The notes under the pieces: generated by a model
The model's input: only the letters and a program-made list of their open reading frames with translations
What the model was told of the DNA's origin: nothing
Database searches by the model: none
Shown here: positions 6,835 through 15,039 of the stretch, one piece after another
Layout: each line of letters begins with the position of its first letter
Numbering within the stretch: the stretch's first letter is position 1
Source of the DNA: an uncultured Verrucomicrobiae bacterium
GTDB taxonomy: Bacteria; Verrucomicrobiota; Verrucomicrobiia; Limisphaerales; JAFGQR01
NCBI GenBank assembly: GCA_963788655.1
Contig: CAWBHS010000107.1
Span: 1-20,295, forward strand
Reading direction: 5' to 3'
Length of the DNA: 20,295 nucleotides
Translations under genes and position numbers: made by a program

Positions 6835-9363
6835 TCAGCGCTCGCCCGTTTGGCGGCCGTCGGCGGCCACCGGCATGGGCTTCACGTTCCAGATGTTGTC
6901 GCAGTATTCCCGAATCGCCCGGTCGGACGAGAAGTAGCCCATGCGGGCCGTGTTCAGGATGGACATTCGGGTCCAGGCTTCGGGATCACGCCACAATTGG
7001 CTCACCCGTTCCTGGCACGCCACGTAGTCGGCGTAGTCCGCCAGCAGCAGGTACGGATCGGCTCCGAGCAAATTGTCGAGGAGTGGCCGAAATAATTCCG
7101 CGCGACCCGGCGAGAGCGCACCGGAACGGACAAAGTCCAGCACCTCCCGCAGTTCGGTGTTGTGCTGGTAACACTCCCACGGCGAATAACCCTGCGCCTT
7201 GCGGGCCATAACCTGTTCCGCCGTCAATCCGAACCGGAAGAAGTTCTCCCCTCCCACCGCCTCGCGGATTTCGACATTGGCGCCATCCAACGTGCCGATG
7301 GTCAACGCGCCGTTCAGCGAGAACTTCATGTTGCCGGTGCCGGAAGCTTCCTTGCCGGCCAAGGAAATTTGTTCGGACAAATCGGCAGCCGGGTAAATGA
7401 GTTGGGCATTCTTCACGTTGAAATCGGGAAAGAAAACCATTTGCAACCGCCCGGCGACGTCGGGGTCATGGTTCACCAGTTCGGCCACCGCGTTGATGAA
7501 CTTGATGATCAGCTTGGCCAGGAAATAGCCCGGGGCAGCTTTGCCGGCGAAGATGAAGGCACGGGGCGGGATGTCCAACTGCCGGTTGTGTTTGAGGCGC
7601 AGGTAAAGGGTGAGCACGTGCAGCGCGTTCAGATGCTGGCGTTTGTATTCGTGCAGCCGCTTGGCCTGGATGTCGAACATGGCCTGCGGATTCAGCGTCA
7701 CGCCGGTGCGCTGGGTAATCACTGCGGCCAGGCGTTGTTTGTTCTCCAGTTTCGCCTGACGCCACCGCTGGCGGAATTCAGGATCCTCAGCGGCAGGTTC
7801 CAGTTTGCGGAGTTCCTCCAGATTGCGAATCCACCCTTCCCCAATCCGGCTGCTGATTAGACTGGTCAAGCCGGGATTGCTGACCACCACAAACCGCCGC
7901 GGGGTAACGCCGTTGGTAACGTTGCAAATGCGATCCGGCCACAGGGCATGAAAATCGCCCAACACCTGCGACTTGAGCAGTTCCGTGTGCAGACGCGCCA
8001 CGCCGTTGACCGCCCGGCAGCCCACGGCGGCCAGGTGGGCCATCCGCACGGAACGGTCGCCAGCCTCATCAATCAACGAAAGCCGTCTCACACGCTCTTC
8101 GTCGCCGGGAAACCGCTCGCGCACTTCGTCCAGAAATCGGCGGTTGATTTCGTAAATGATTTGCAGGTGCCGCGGCAGCACGCGTTGCAGCAGGCTGACC
8201 GGCCACTTTTCCAGCGCCTCGGGCAATAGGGTGTGGTTCGTGTACGCAAAGGTTTGGCGCGTAATCTGCCAGGCGCTCTCCCAAGCCAGTTCATGCTCAT
8301 CGACCAGCAGGCGCATCAATTCCGGGATGGCCAGCGAGGGGTGCGTATCATTGAGCTGCACGGCGAATTTCTCGTGGAACGTGGTCAACGCGCGTCCCTG
8401 GGCCAAGTGCAGCCGAAGCATGTCCTGTAAGGAACACGAAACCAAAAAATATTGTTGTTCGAGCCGAAGCTGTCGGCCTTCGAGAAATTCGTCGTTCGGG
8501 TAAAGCACTTTGGTGATGTTCTCGGAAAACATTTTGTCCTCGACGGCGCGATAGTAATCGCCGTGGTTGAAGGCATCGAAATCAAACGACTCCACCGCTT
8601 CCGCCGTCCAGAGCCGCAGTCGATTGCAGGTGCCGACGCGATACCCGATGATGGGCGTGTCGAACGCGATACCTTTGACCACGTGCCGGGGAATCCAACG
8701 CACGCGGTAGTGTCCCTCCGGATCGGTCCACGCTTCGGTGTAGCCGCCATACTTCACGTCGAAGGCGAGTTCGGGGCGGATGATTTCCCACGGGTTGCCG
8801 TAGCGCAGCCACTTGTCGGTAATCTCCACCTGCCAGCCCTCGCGAATCTCCTGGTCGAAAATACCGAATTCGTACCGGATGCCATACCCGGAAGCCGGCA
8901 CTTCGAGCGTGGCCAATGAATCCATATAGCAAGCGGCCAATCGTCCCAGCCCGCCGTTGCCCAGGCCGGGTTCCTCTTCCTGGTCGAGCAACTCTTCCAG
9001 CGTCAACCCCAGTCCCTCCAGGGCCGCGCGGACGTGGTCGCAGATACCCAGGTTGAACAGGTTGTTGCCCAAATGCGGCCCGGGCAGAAACTCGGCGGAG
9101 AGATAGCACACCACCCGGGCGTCGCGCTCGGCCATCAGTTCCAACGTTTGGAGGCCGCGCTTGAGCAAGCGATCCCGCACGGTCAGCGCCAGCGCCAGAT
9201 AAAGATCGTTCGGCGTGGCGGAATTGGGATGGCGCCCCATGGCATAAAACAAATTCTCCAGGAACGCCTGTTTGAGCGCTTCGGAACTCAAGCCAGTGCG
9301 GATGTTTTCGCCGGATTGCGCGTGGACTGGCAGGGGGGACTCAAGGTGGTTCTTGTGATTCAT
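6835..9363 (-). CDS. glgP: Glycogen/starch/alpha-glucan phosphorylase (~842 aa)
   Basis: GLGNGGLGRLAAC, QLNDTHP, AYTNHTLLPEALE, NVTNGVTPRR, KRLHEYKRQHLN and the PLP-lysine motif EASGTGNMKF. ATG 9363 preferred as start. Confidence 0.97.
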   Translation of the reverse strand: MNHKNHLESPLPVHAQSGENIRTGLSSEALKQAFLENLFYAMGRHPNSATPNDLYLALALTVRDRLLKRGLQTLELMAERDARVVCYLSAEFLPGPHLGNNLFNLGICDHVRAALEGLGLTLEELLDQEEEPGLGNGGLGRLAACYMDSLATLEVPASGYGIRYEFGIFDQEIREGWQVEITDKWLRYGNPWEIIRPELAFDVKYGGYTEAWTDPEGHYRVRWIPRHVVKGIAFDTPIIGYRVGTCNRLRLWTAEAVESFDFDAFNHGDYYRAVEDKMFSENITKVLYPNDEFLEGRQLRLEQQYFLVSCSLQDMLRLHLAQGRALTTFHEKFAVQLNDTHPSLAIPELMRLLVDEHELAWESAWQITRQTFAYTNHTLLPEALEKWPVSLLQRVLPRHLQIIYEINRRFLDEVRERFPGDEERVRRLSLIDEAGDRSVRMAHLAAVGCRAVNGVARLHTELLKSQVLGDFHALWPDRICNVTNGVTPRRFVVVSNPGLTSLISSRIGEGWIRNLEELRKLEPAAEDPEFRQRWRQAKLENKQRLAAVITQRTGVTLNPQAMFDIQAKRLHEYKRQHLNALHVLTLYLRLKHNRQLDIPPRAFIFAGKAAPGYFLAKLIIKFINAVAELVNHDPDVAGRLQMVFFPDFNVKNAQLIYPAADLSEQISLAGKEASGTGNMKFSLNGALTIGTLDGANVEIREAVGGENFFRFGLTAEQVMARKAQGYSPWECYQHNTELREVLDFVRSGALSPGRAELFRPLLDNLLGADPYLLLADYADYVACQERVSQLWRDPEAWTRMSILNTARMGYFSSDRAIREYCDNIWNVKPMPVAADGRQTGER

Positions 9364-9747
9364 AATTCGTTTATGGTTCTGGACGCAAATTCCGCCGACA
9401 CCGGAACAGTTTGCGCGGGTTGTCGCCACGATTCAACTCAGCAACTTCGTGAAGCCGCTCAATCCCTTGGGAAACTTCCCCTGATCGGGGGACGAGGCGA
9501 AGTATTCGGAACAGCCAAAATTGCCGTCCTAACGTGAATCCTTGCACGCCACGCCCTGCAACCGCTGCACTGGGTGTGGGAGGTCGGTCCACACTTGCGG
9601 CGGGACTTGGACCATCGTCGGGGATAACTTACAAGCCTTGGCCTGCGAGGCGGAGAAGCGGGAGTTGGTGGTGAAGATTTTGGGCGCAGTGGCCAGGAAG
9701 GAAGCCGTGCGGGTGCGGATCACTGGCCAGCCGGTCGCCCAGTGGCG

Positions 9748-10683
9748 TCAACGCAAATAATCCAGCAAGGTCGTGCCCAGAATCTTGGCGCCGCTTTGCA
9801 GCGCGGCAGTGTAGGCGTTTTGGGTTTGCGTCAGGCGCACCAACGTTTCCGCCAAATCGGCATCCGCTTCCTGGGAAATGAGACCTTCCGTCGCATCGAC
9901 CCGCGTTTCCGCGATCTTCTGGGTTGCTTCCAACCGCGCTTGCAACGCCCCGTTGTTGCCGAAGTGAACCAGGATGTTCTCTTCGTCCGCCTGCAAATCC
10001 TGGAGGTCGGTGTTGGCAATGGCATCGGTATCCCCCGCGATCAAATGGTTCTGAAACGCGATCAGATGGTTGAAGAAGTCTGCGCCAAACCGGTTGTCCG
10101 TCAACAAACCACGGGGGCCGGAACCGGTCGTATTGGCCCCGAGGGTCTGGACCGAGATCGTGACTCCTTCGGCAATCTCGCTTTGGGCGATGCTTTCATT
10201 GCCGTCGTAGGTCACGCCGGTGACGATGCCGTCGGCGTCGGTGGCCAGAGCAAATGGTTTCTGATCGCTGGCCGTGCCGCTCAACAGGTAGTCTCCCTGA
10301 AACTTCGTATTGGACAACGCCACCGCCTGTTTGATGAGGTTGGTCACTTCGATGGCGTACAGCTTCAAATCCTCCGGCGACTTGGTGCCGTCCGCCAGGG
10401 TCGCCAATTCGCCGGCCCGGTCCGATACCGTTTTCAGTCCACGCATCACTTCGTAACTTGCCTGGGCCTGGTCGCGCAAACCGGAGATGTTGCGGACGTA
10501 TTGCGTGAGCGATTTGGACTCGGCCTGCAAATCCAGGACGCGACGCATCGCCGAAGGATCGTCCTCCGGCAGGGTGAGCCGTTGCCCGGTGGCCGCCTGG
10601 GATTGCAACTGGTTTTGGCGGACGCTTAACTGGGTGAGCTGATCGACCAGGGTATTGGGAAATGTGTTCGAAGTGACGCGCAT
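9748..10683 (-). CDS. flgL: Flagellar hook-associated protein 3
   Basis: Flagellin-like termini (ATGQRLTLPEDDPS; DADLAETLVRLTQTQNAYTAALQSGAKILGTTLLDYLR); lies downstream of flgK. Confidence 0.9.
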   Translation of the reverse strand: MRVTSNTFPNTLVDQLTQLSVRQNQLQSQAATGQRLTLPEDDPSAMRRVLDLQAESKSLTQYVRNISGLRDQAQASYEVMRGLKTVSDRAGELATLADGTKSPEDLKLYAIEVTNLIKQAVALSNTKFQGDYLLSGTASDQKPFALATDADGIVTGVTYDGNESIAQSEIAEGVTISVQTLGANTTGSGPRGLLTDNRFGADFFNHLIAFQNHLIAGDTDAIANTDLQDLQADEENILVHFGNNGALQARLEATQKIAETRVDATEGLISQEADADLAETLVRLTQTQNAYTAALQSGAKILGTTLLDYLR

Positions 10684-10689
10684 ATCCGT

Positions 10690-10878
10690 TCAGGGTTTGG
10701 CCGTGATCCCCCGGCAAAATTGGAAGCCCTTGGAAACCACCCGCGACGGCGGCCCGCCCGGCAACCGGATCACCCGATTCGAGGGCGGATCGGTGGGGGA
10801 CGAGGCTTCGAAGGTCACGCCGCGGGGATGGAGCCGGGGCGGACGGGGAAGTTTGACGAGACGCAACAGATTCGACAT
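10690..10878 (-). CDS. Hypothetical Pro/Arg-rich 62-aa protein
   Basis: ATG-started, co-oriented ORF that fills the flgK-flgL gap with 8 nt and 6 nt spacers; no recognisable family. Confidence 0.35.
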   Translation of the reverse strand: MSNLLRLVKLPRPPRLHPRGVTFEASSPTDPPSNRVIRLPGGPPSRVVSKGFQFCRGITAKP

Positions 10879-10886
10879 AAGCGCAC

Positions 10887-12293
10887 TTACCGTTTCAAGT
10901 TCACCACCGTATCGAGCATTTGGTCGATCGTCGTGATCAGGCGGGCCGAAGCCTGATAGGCCTGTTGGTATTTGATGAGGTCAGTCATCTCTTCGTCCAG
11001 CGACACCCCGCTGGTGGAATCGCGCTGTCGCACCAGCATTTTCTGCACGACTTGCTGATCGCTCAACGCGGCATTGACCGACCACACGGACTGGCCGATC
11101 GCGCTGACCGTCTGGGAATAACTCTGGCTGAAGGTCTGATTATTCAGCGCCGCCTGGGAATCATTGGCCAGTTGGGCCAGGCTCAAGGCCACCTGGTTAT
11201 CGCCCACCGCGCCACTGACACCGCTGGCCTGCAACAGCGATGGATCATCCAGGATCGTTTGGTTGACGGCAATGTCCGCGGCATTGGTGCCCGTAAAAAA
11301 GTCGGTACCAGTCGTGCCGGTCAAGCCAAAGCCGTCCCGGTGAATGGCGTTGACTTGCGTAATCAATTGGCTGGCGAGCGTGTTGAGGTCGGCGCGCAGG
11401 TTCGCCAACGCGCCGTCACGCGCGTCAATGGTGCCTTGAATGGTTCCGCCCGTCAGCGCCAAGGGGGTGCCCTCGGTTTGGGTGCGAACCAGCAATTGCC
11501 CGTCGCCGGCGTCGTACACCTCGAGAGTGTCCTGAAGTTCGGGCCCCACCACAACGTCAGTGCCCGCAATCGATATATCCACCCCGCCGGTGGCCTGGTC
11601 GGCCGTTTGAAGGTTGACCAGTTCGGCCAGTTCCTCGATGCGTTGCTGGCGGAGATCGCGCAAATCATTGGCCGCGCCGGGCGTTCCCGCCTCGGTGGTG
11701 ATGATTTGTTTGTTGTAATTGGCGATGATGCCCAGCAAATCATTGGCCTTGGTCACATCGTCGGTGATCGTGGCGTTCAACGTCGAGTCCAATGTGTCCA
11801 ACCGCGAGTCAATCTGGTTGAACTGGTTCGCCAGGTTCTGGGCCTGGATCAAGGCAGACTGCCGCTCGGTGATCGAGGTGGGATCGGTGGACAGGCTTTG
11901 GAAGGCATTGAACATCGAGTTCAGTCCTTCGGCCAAACCGCTCTGGGTCGCACTGGTCCCGGTCGCGGCCCGGTCGAGGGATTGTCCGAGGATCGATTCG
12001 CCCAGCTCCAACGCCCGCTGTTGGGCATCGTAAAAGCCCTGAACGCTGGTTTCGCCCTGGATTTGCTGATCGAGGATTCCGCTGCGCAACTGCCGGATGG
12101 CCGCCACGTCGGCGCCCGTTCCTTGCGGACCGATCGCGGTGGGAATGGTGCTCGAAGTGACAATGCTCAACCGCTGCCGCGAGTAGGCGGGATTGTTGAC
12201 GTTCGCCAGGTTGTGCCCGGCGACCTCAACGCCCTGTTGTTGCACTTGCAACGAACGGGTGCCCAAATTCAAAGTTCCAAACAGGCCCAGCAT
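10887..12293 (-). CDS. flgK: Flagellar hook-associated protein 1
   Basis: GHNLANVNNPAYSRQR, ANDLRDLR, SGVSLDEEMTDLIKYQQAYQASARLITTIDQML. Confidence 0.96.
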   Translation of the reverse strand: MLGLFGTLNLGTRSLQVQQQGVEVAGHNLANVNNPAYSRQRLSIVTSSTIPTAIGPQGTGADVAAIRQLRSGILDQQIQGETSVQGFYDAQQRALELGESILGQSLDRAATGTSATQSGLAEGLNSMFNAFQSLSTDPTSITERQSALIQAQNLANQFNQIDSRLDTLDSTLNATITDDVTKANDLLGIIANYNKQIITTEAGTPGAANDLRDLRQQRIEELAELVNLQTADQATGGVDISIAGTDVVVGPELQDTLEVYDAGDGQLLVRTQTEGTPLALTGGTIQGTIDARDGALANLRADLNTLASQLITQVNAIHRDGFGLTGTTGTDFFTGTNAADIAVNQTILDDPSLLQASGVSGAVGDNQVALSLAQLANDSQAALNNQTFSQSYSQTVSAIGQSVWSVNAALSDQQVVQKMLVRQRDSTSGVSLDEEMTDLIKYQQAYQASARLITTIDQMLDTVVNLKR

Positions 12294-12303
12294 AGTCGTG
12301 ATT

Positions 12304-12819
12304 TTATCCTACTGCCTGGTACATCGGCTCAATCGCCGGAACGTTCGCTTGCATTTGGCCGGCGTCGTTGTAGGTCAGCGGCGGGGCCGACGGGAGCAGC
12401 GAGTTGATAAACTGTTGCATCAATTCCACCGAACGGCTGAGCAACAAATGGTTCTGCCGGGCGCGCTGTTGTACCCGCACCAGCAGTTCGTTATTCTCCC
12501 GCACCAACGCCGCCAGGGCGGGACGATAGTGTTCCGGCAAACGCGGCAGCAGCGTCTCAAATTCCTGACCCTCCGCCATACCGAGGGTGGTTGCCACTTC
12601 GCTCTGGCAACGTTCCCGTTCCTGACGAGCGGTCTGGATATGGCCCATCTGTTCGTTGATGGAGTGTACCGATTGGAGCACGCTGTCAGCGGAGCGGGCC
12701 ATGACGGCTTCCTGTTGCTGGTCGAGCAAGGCGAGCATTTCCCCGTATTGCTGCAGTTCGTGCCGCAGTCGTTCGGTCAAACGCGGCAGGAGATTTAAAA
12801 CAGGTGAATCAGTGTTCAA
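12304..12819 (-). CDS. flgN: Flagellar export chaperone FlgN (~171 aa)
   Basis: All-helical ORF (LLDQQQEAVMARSADSV...QQRARQNHLLLSRSVELMQQFI...TYNDAG) directly upstream of flgK. Proposed TTG start at 12819 with GGAGG 9 nt upstream. Confidence 0.75.
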   Translation of the reverse strand: MNTDSPVLNLLPRLTERLRHELQQYGEMLALLDQQQEAVMARSADSVLQSVHSINEQMGHIQTARQERERCQSEVATTLGMAEGQEFETLLPRLPEHYRPALAALVRENNELLVRVQQRARQNHLLLSRSVELMQQFINSLLPSAPPLTYNDAGQMQANVPAIEPMYQAVG

Positions 12820-13168
12820 TAGAGGATTCCTCCGCTTGGGGGTCCGGCATGAGTTGGCGGGTGAGTTCGGCTTCCAGACTGCGGGCCAGGCCAAAGGACC
12901 GTGACCGGCTGATGCTGTCGGCCAGTTGATCGGTGACCATGTCCTTGTATATGCCGCCGGCCGCCGAATTGTCCGCCAGGCTGGATTGGATCACGGTTTT
13001 TTGGGTGCTGCGCAGAATCTCGCGCAACAGAACCGCTTCGAACTGGCGGCAGAGTTCCCCCACCTTCTCGCGCTCGGACAAATTGGTGTTCCCCGCCAAC
13101 CGCTCCAACGGCACTTGGTTGGCATCAACGGCCTGGTGAACCGACAGGTTGAGCGCGGGAATATCCAT
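12809..13168 (-). CDS. flgJ: Short FlgJ-type rod-binding protein (no muramidase domain)
   Basis: ELCRQFEAVLLREILRS...GIYKDMVTDQLADSISRSRSFGLARSLEAEL; follows flgI. Confidence 0.85.
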   Translation of the reverse strand: MDIPALNLSVHQAVDANQVPLERLAGNTNLSEREKVGELCRQFEAVLLREILRSTQKTVIQSSLADNSAAGGIYKDMVTDQLADSISRSRSFGLARSLEAELTRQLMPDPQAEESSIEH

Positions 13169-13169
13169 A

Positions 13170-14282
13170 TCAACGAATCACCAATTCTGCTTGCAAGGCT
13201 CCCGCTTGTTTCATGGCCTGAAAAATTGCCATGATGTCGCGCGGCGTAACCCCCAACGAATTGAGCGACGAAGCGATTTGCTCGACGGTCGGCAACTCGG
13301 GCAGGGCCACCACCGCCGCCTTGGTTTCGGTGACGGTCGTCTCGGTGCGTGGGGTGACCACCGTCTGCCCCGCGTTGGCCAAGGGTCCCGGCTGCGAGAC
13401 GCCCAGCGAGGAGGCGATGCTGATGGTGAGATTGCCGTGCGACACCGCGCAATTCGAGATGTGGATGCGCGAATTGGCCACGATGGTACCGGTGCGTTCG
13501 TTGATGACGATGCGCGCCGGGGTGTCGGGCGTAATTTCAATGGCCTCGAGTTTCGCCACGAAGTCCACCGGCACCGCGGCCAGTTGGTCCGGCACCCGCA
13601 CCCGCACCGTGGTCGAATCAATCGCCTGGGAACTGTTGGTAAACACTTCATTGATCGCCGCGGCCATGCGGGCGGCGGACGTAAAATCCGGTTCGCGAAG
13701 CAGCAGTTCGAGATAATTATCCTGCACGATGGTGGCGGGAATTTCCTTTTCCACCAACGCCCCGCCAATGATTTGGGCGGTGGTGGGATGATTCTTTTGC
13801 ACGGTGGCGCCGCCGCCGCCGCCGTTGCCGGCATAGAAACCACCGATCGACACCGCGCCCTGGGCCACGGCATACACCATCCCATTGGCGCCGAGGAGCG
13901 GGGTCTGTAACAACACGCCGCCCTGCAAGGTTTTCGCGTCGCCAATGGAAGAAACCTGGACGTCCAACCGCGCGCCTGGTTTCACAAACGCCGGGATGTC
14001 GGCGGTAACCATGACCGCGGCGACGTTCTTGGATTGCAGCGTGGCGGCCGGCACGGTGACGCCGAACCGCTGGAGCATGTTGGCGACCGATTGGACGGTA
14101 AAGGCCAGGTTCTTATCACCGTCCCCCGCGATGCCGGACACCAGGCCGTAACCGACCAACTGGTTGTCGCGGGCGCCGGCGACCATCACCAGATCTTTGA
14201 TCCGCGTGCCCGCCCCGTACCCGGCCAAGGGCGAGGCGGGCAACGCGGCCATTAGGAGGAAGCAAATCCAAAAGCGTCGCAT
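13170..14282 (-). CDS. flgI: Flagellar P-ring protein
   Basis: RIKDL...GARDNQLVGYGLVSG, KNVAAVMVTA, SSIGDAKTLQGGVLLQTPL, ARIVINERTGTIV, KQAGALQAEL. Confidence 0.97.
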   Translation of the reverse strand: MRRFWICFLLMAALPASPLAGYGAGTRIKDLVMVAGARDNQLVGYGLVSGIAGDGDKNLAFTVQSVANMLQRFGVTVPAATLQSKNVAAVMVTADIPAFVKPGARLDVQVSSIGDAKTLQGGVLLQTPLLGANGMVYAVAQGAVSIGGFYAGNGGGGGATVQKNHPTTAQIIGGALVEKEIPATIVQDNYLELLLREPDFTSAARMAAAINEVFTNSSQAIDSTTVRVRVPDQLAAVPVDFVAKLEAIEITPDTPARIVINERTGTIVANSRIHISNCAVSHGNLTISIASSLGVSQPGPLANAGQTVVTPRTETTVTETKAAVVALPELPTVEQIASSLNSLGVTPRDIMAIFQAMKQAGALQAELVIR

Positions 14283-14285
14283 GAT

Positions 14286-15038
14286 TTAGAAGGGACTGAT
14301 CTTATCCCACAGCCGGGTGAACCAACCTTTCTTTTGCGCGTCGGTCACGGTTCCTTTGCCGACGAACTTGATGGAGGCATCCGCCACGTTGTAGCTGTAA
14401 ATGCTGTTATTGGCGGCAATGTCCCGGGGCCGGATCGTGCCGCGGAGAATGGCTTCCTGCGTTTCCCCGCTGAACGAGGTGATGCGCCGGCCTTCCACGA
14501 CGAGATTCATATTGGGCAGCACATCGATCACCTGCACGGCGATGCGGGCCACAATCTTCTCGGAATTATTGATCTGGCCGCCACCGTCGAAGTCCGTTTT
14601 GGTGCTGTATTTCAAAGCCGGATACTTGCCGGCTTTGGTCAGCAATCCGCTGGCTTCCGGGCCGTACAGGAAACTCAGGATGCTGGCGTCCACGCCCGCG
14701 CTCTTCGAGGTCTTGGTGCTGTTATCCTTGCTGGCGGTGCTGTTCTCCTGGACGAGGATGCTGAGAATGTCGCCAATCGCCTTGGCCCGATGATCGCTGA
14801 CCATGGGCTTGGCCTCTCCCTCGACCCAAAGCGAATCCGCCCCGGCGGGCAAAGCTGGCACCAACCACAAGACCGTCGCGACAACGGCGAGGGCAGTTCC
14901 TCCGATTCCTGCTCGTGCGCTTGCTCTTACTCTTGCTCCTGCTCTCCCAATCCCTTCCGCTACGAACGCAGCGGGACTAACGCTGGGAGCAAGAGCAAGC
15001 GTATGTGCAAGAGCAAGAGTTGGCGTTGGAACGTTCAT
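14286..15038 (-). CDS. flgH: Flagellar L-ring protein (repeat-containing N-terminus, no lipobox Cys)
   Basis: DHRAKAIGDILSILVQE, VIDVLPNMNLVVEGRR, LRGTIRPRDIAANNSIYSYNVADASI, KKGWFTRLWDKISPF. ATG 15038 is 1 nt after the flgA stop. Confidence 0.93.
   Translation of the reverse strand: MNVPTPTLALAHTLALAPSVSPAAFVAEGIGRAGARVRASARAGIGGTALAVVATVLWLVPALPAGADSLWVEGEAKPMVSDHRAKAIGDILSILVQENSTASKDNSTKTSKSAGVDASILSFLYGPEASGLLTKAGKYPALKYSTKTDFDGGGQINNSEKIVARIAVQVIDVLPNMNLVVEGRRITSFSGETQEAILRGTIRPRDIAANNSIYSYNVADASIKFVGKGTVTDAQKKGWFTRLWDKISPF
14908..15019. repeat. Inverted pair of degenerate hexamer (CTTGCT/AGCAAG) tandem arrays inside the flgH 5' region
   Basis: CCTGCTCGTGCGCTTGCTCTTACTCTTGCTCCTGCTCTCCCA (14908-14949) faces TGGGAGCAAGAGCAAGCGTATGTGCAAGAGCAAGAG (14984-15019). 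Confidence 0.8.
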
Positions 15039-15039
15039 G

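Noticed and set aside
9364..9747. Riboswitch (e.g. c-di-GMP) upstream of glgP
   Set aside because: A hairpin CGCAAA...TTTGCG is present near the start, but I could not match a riboswitch consensus. An Infernal/Rfam scan would settle it.
9542..9760. 72-aa ORF with CNRCTGCG as a ferredoxin or zinc-binding protein
   Set aside because: It has a TTG start without an RBS, incomplete Cys spacing, no second motif, and it overlaps the flgL end on the opposite strand.
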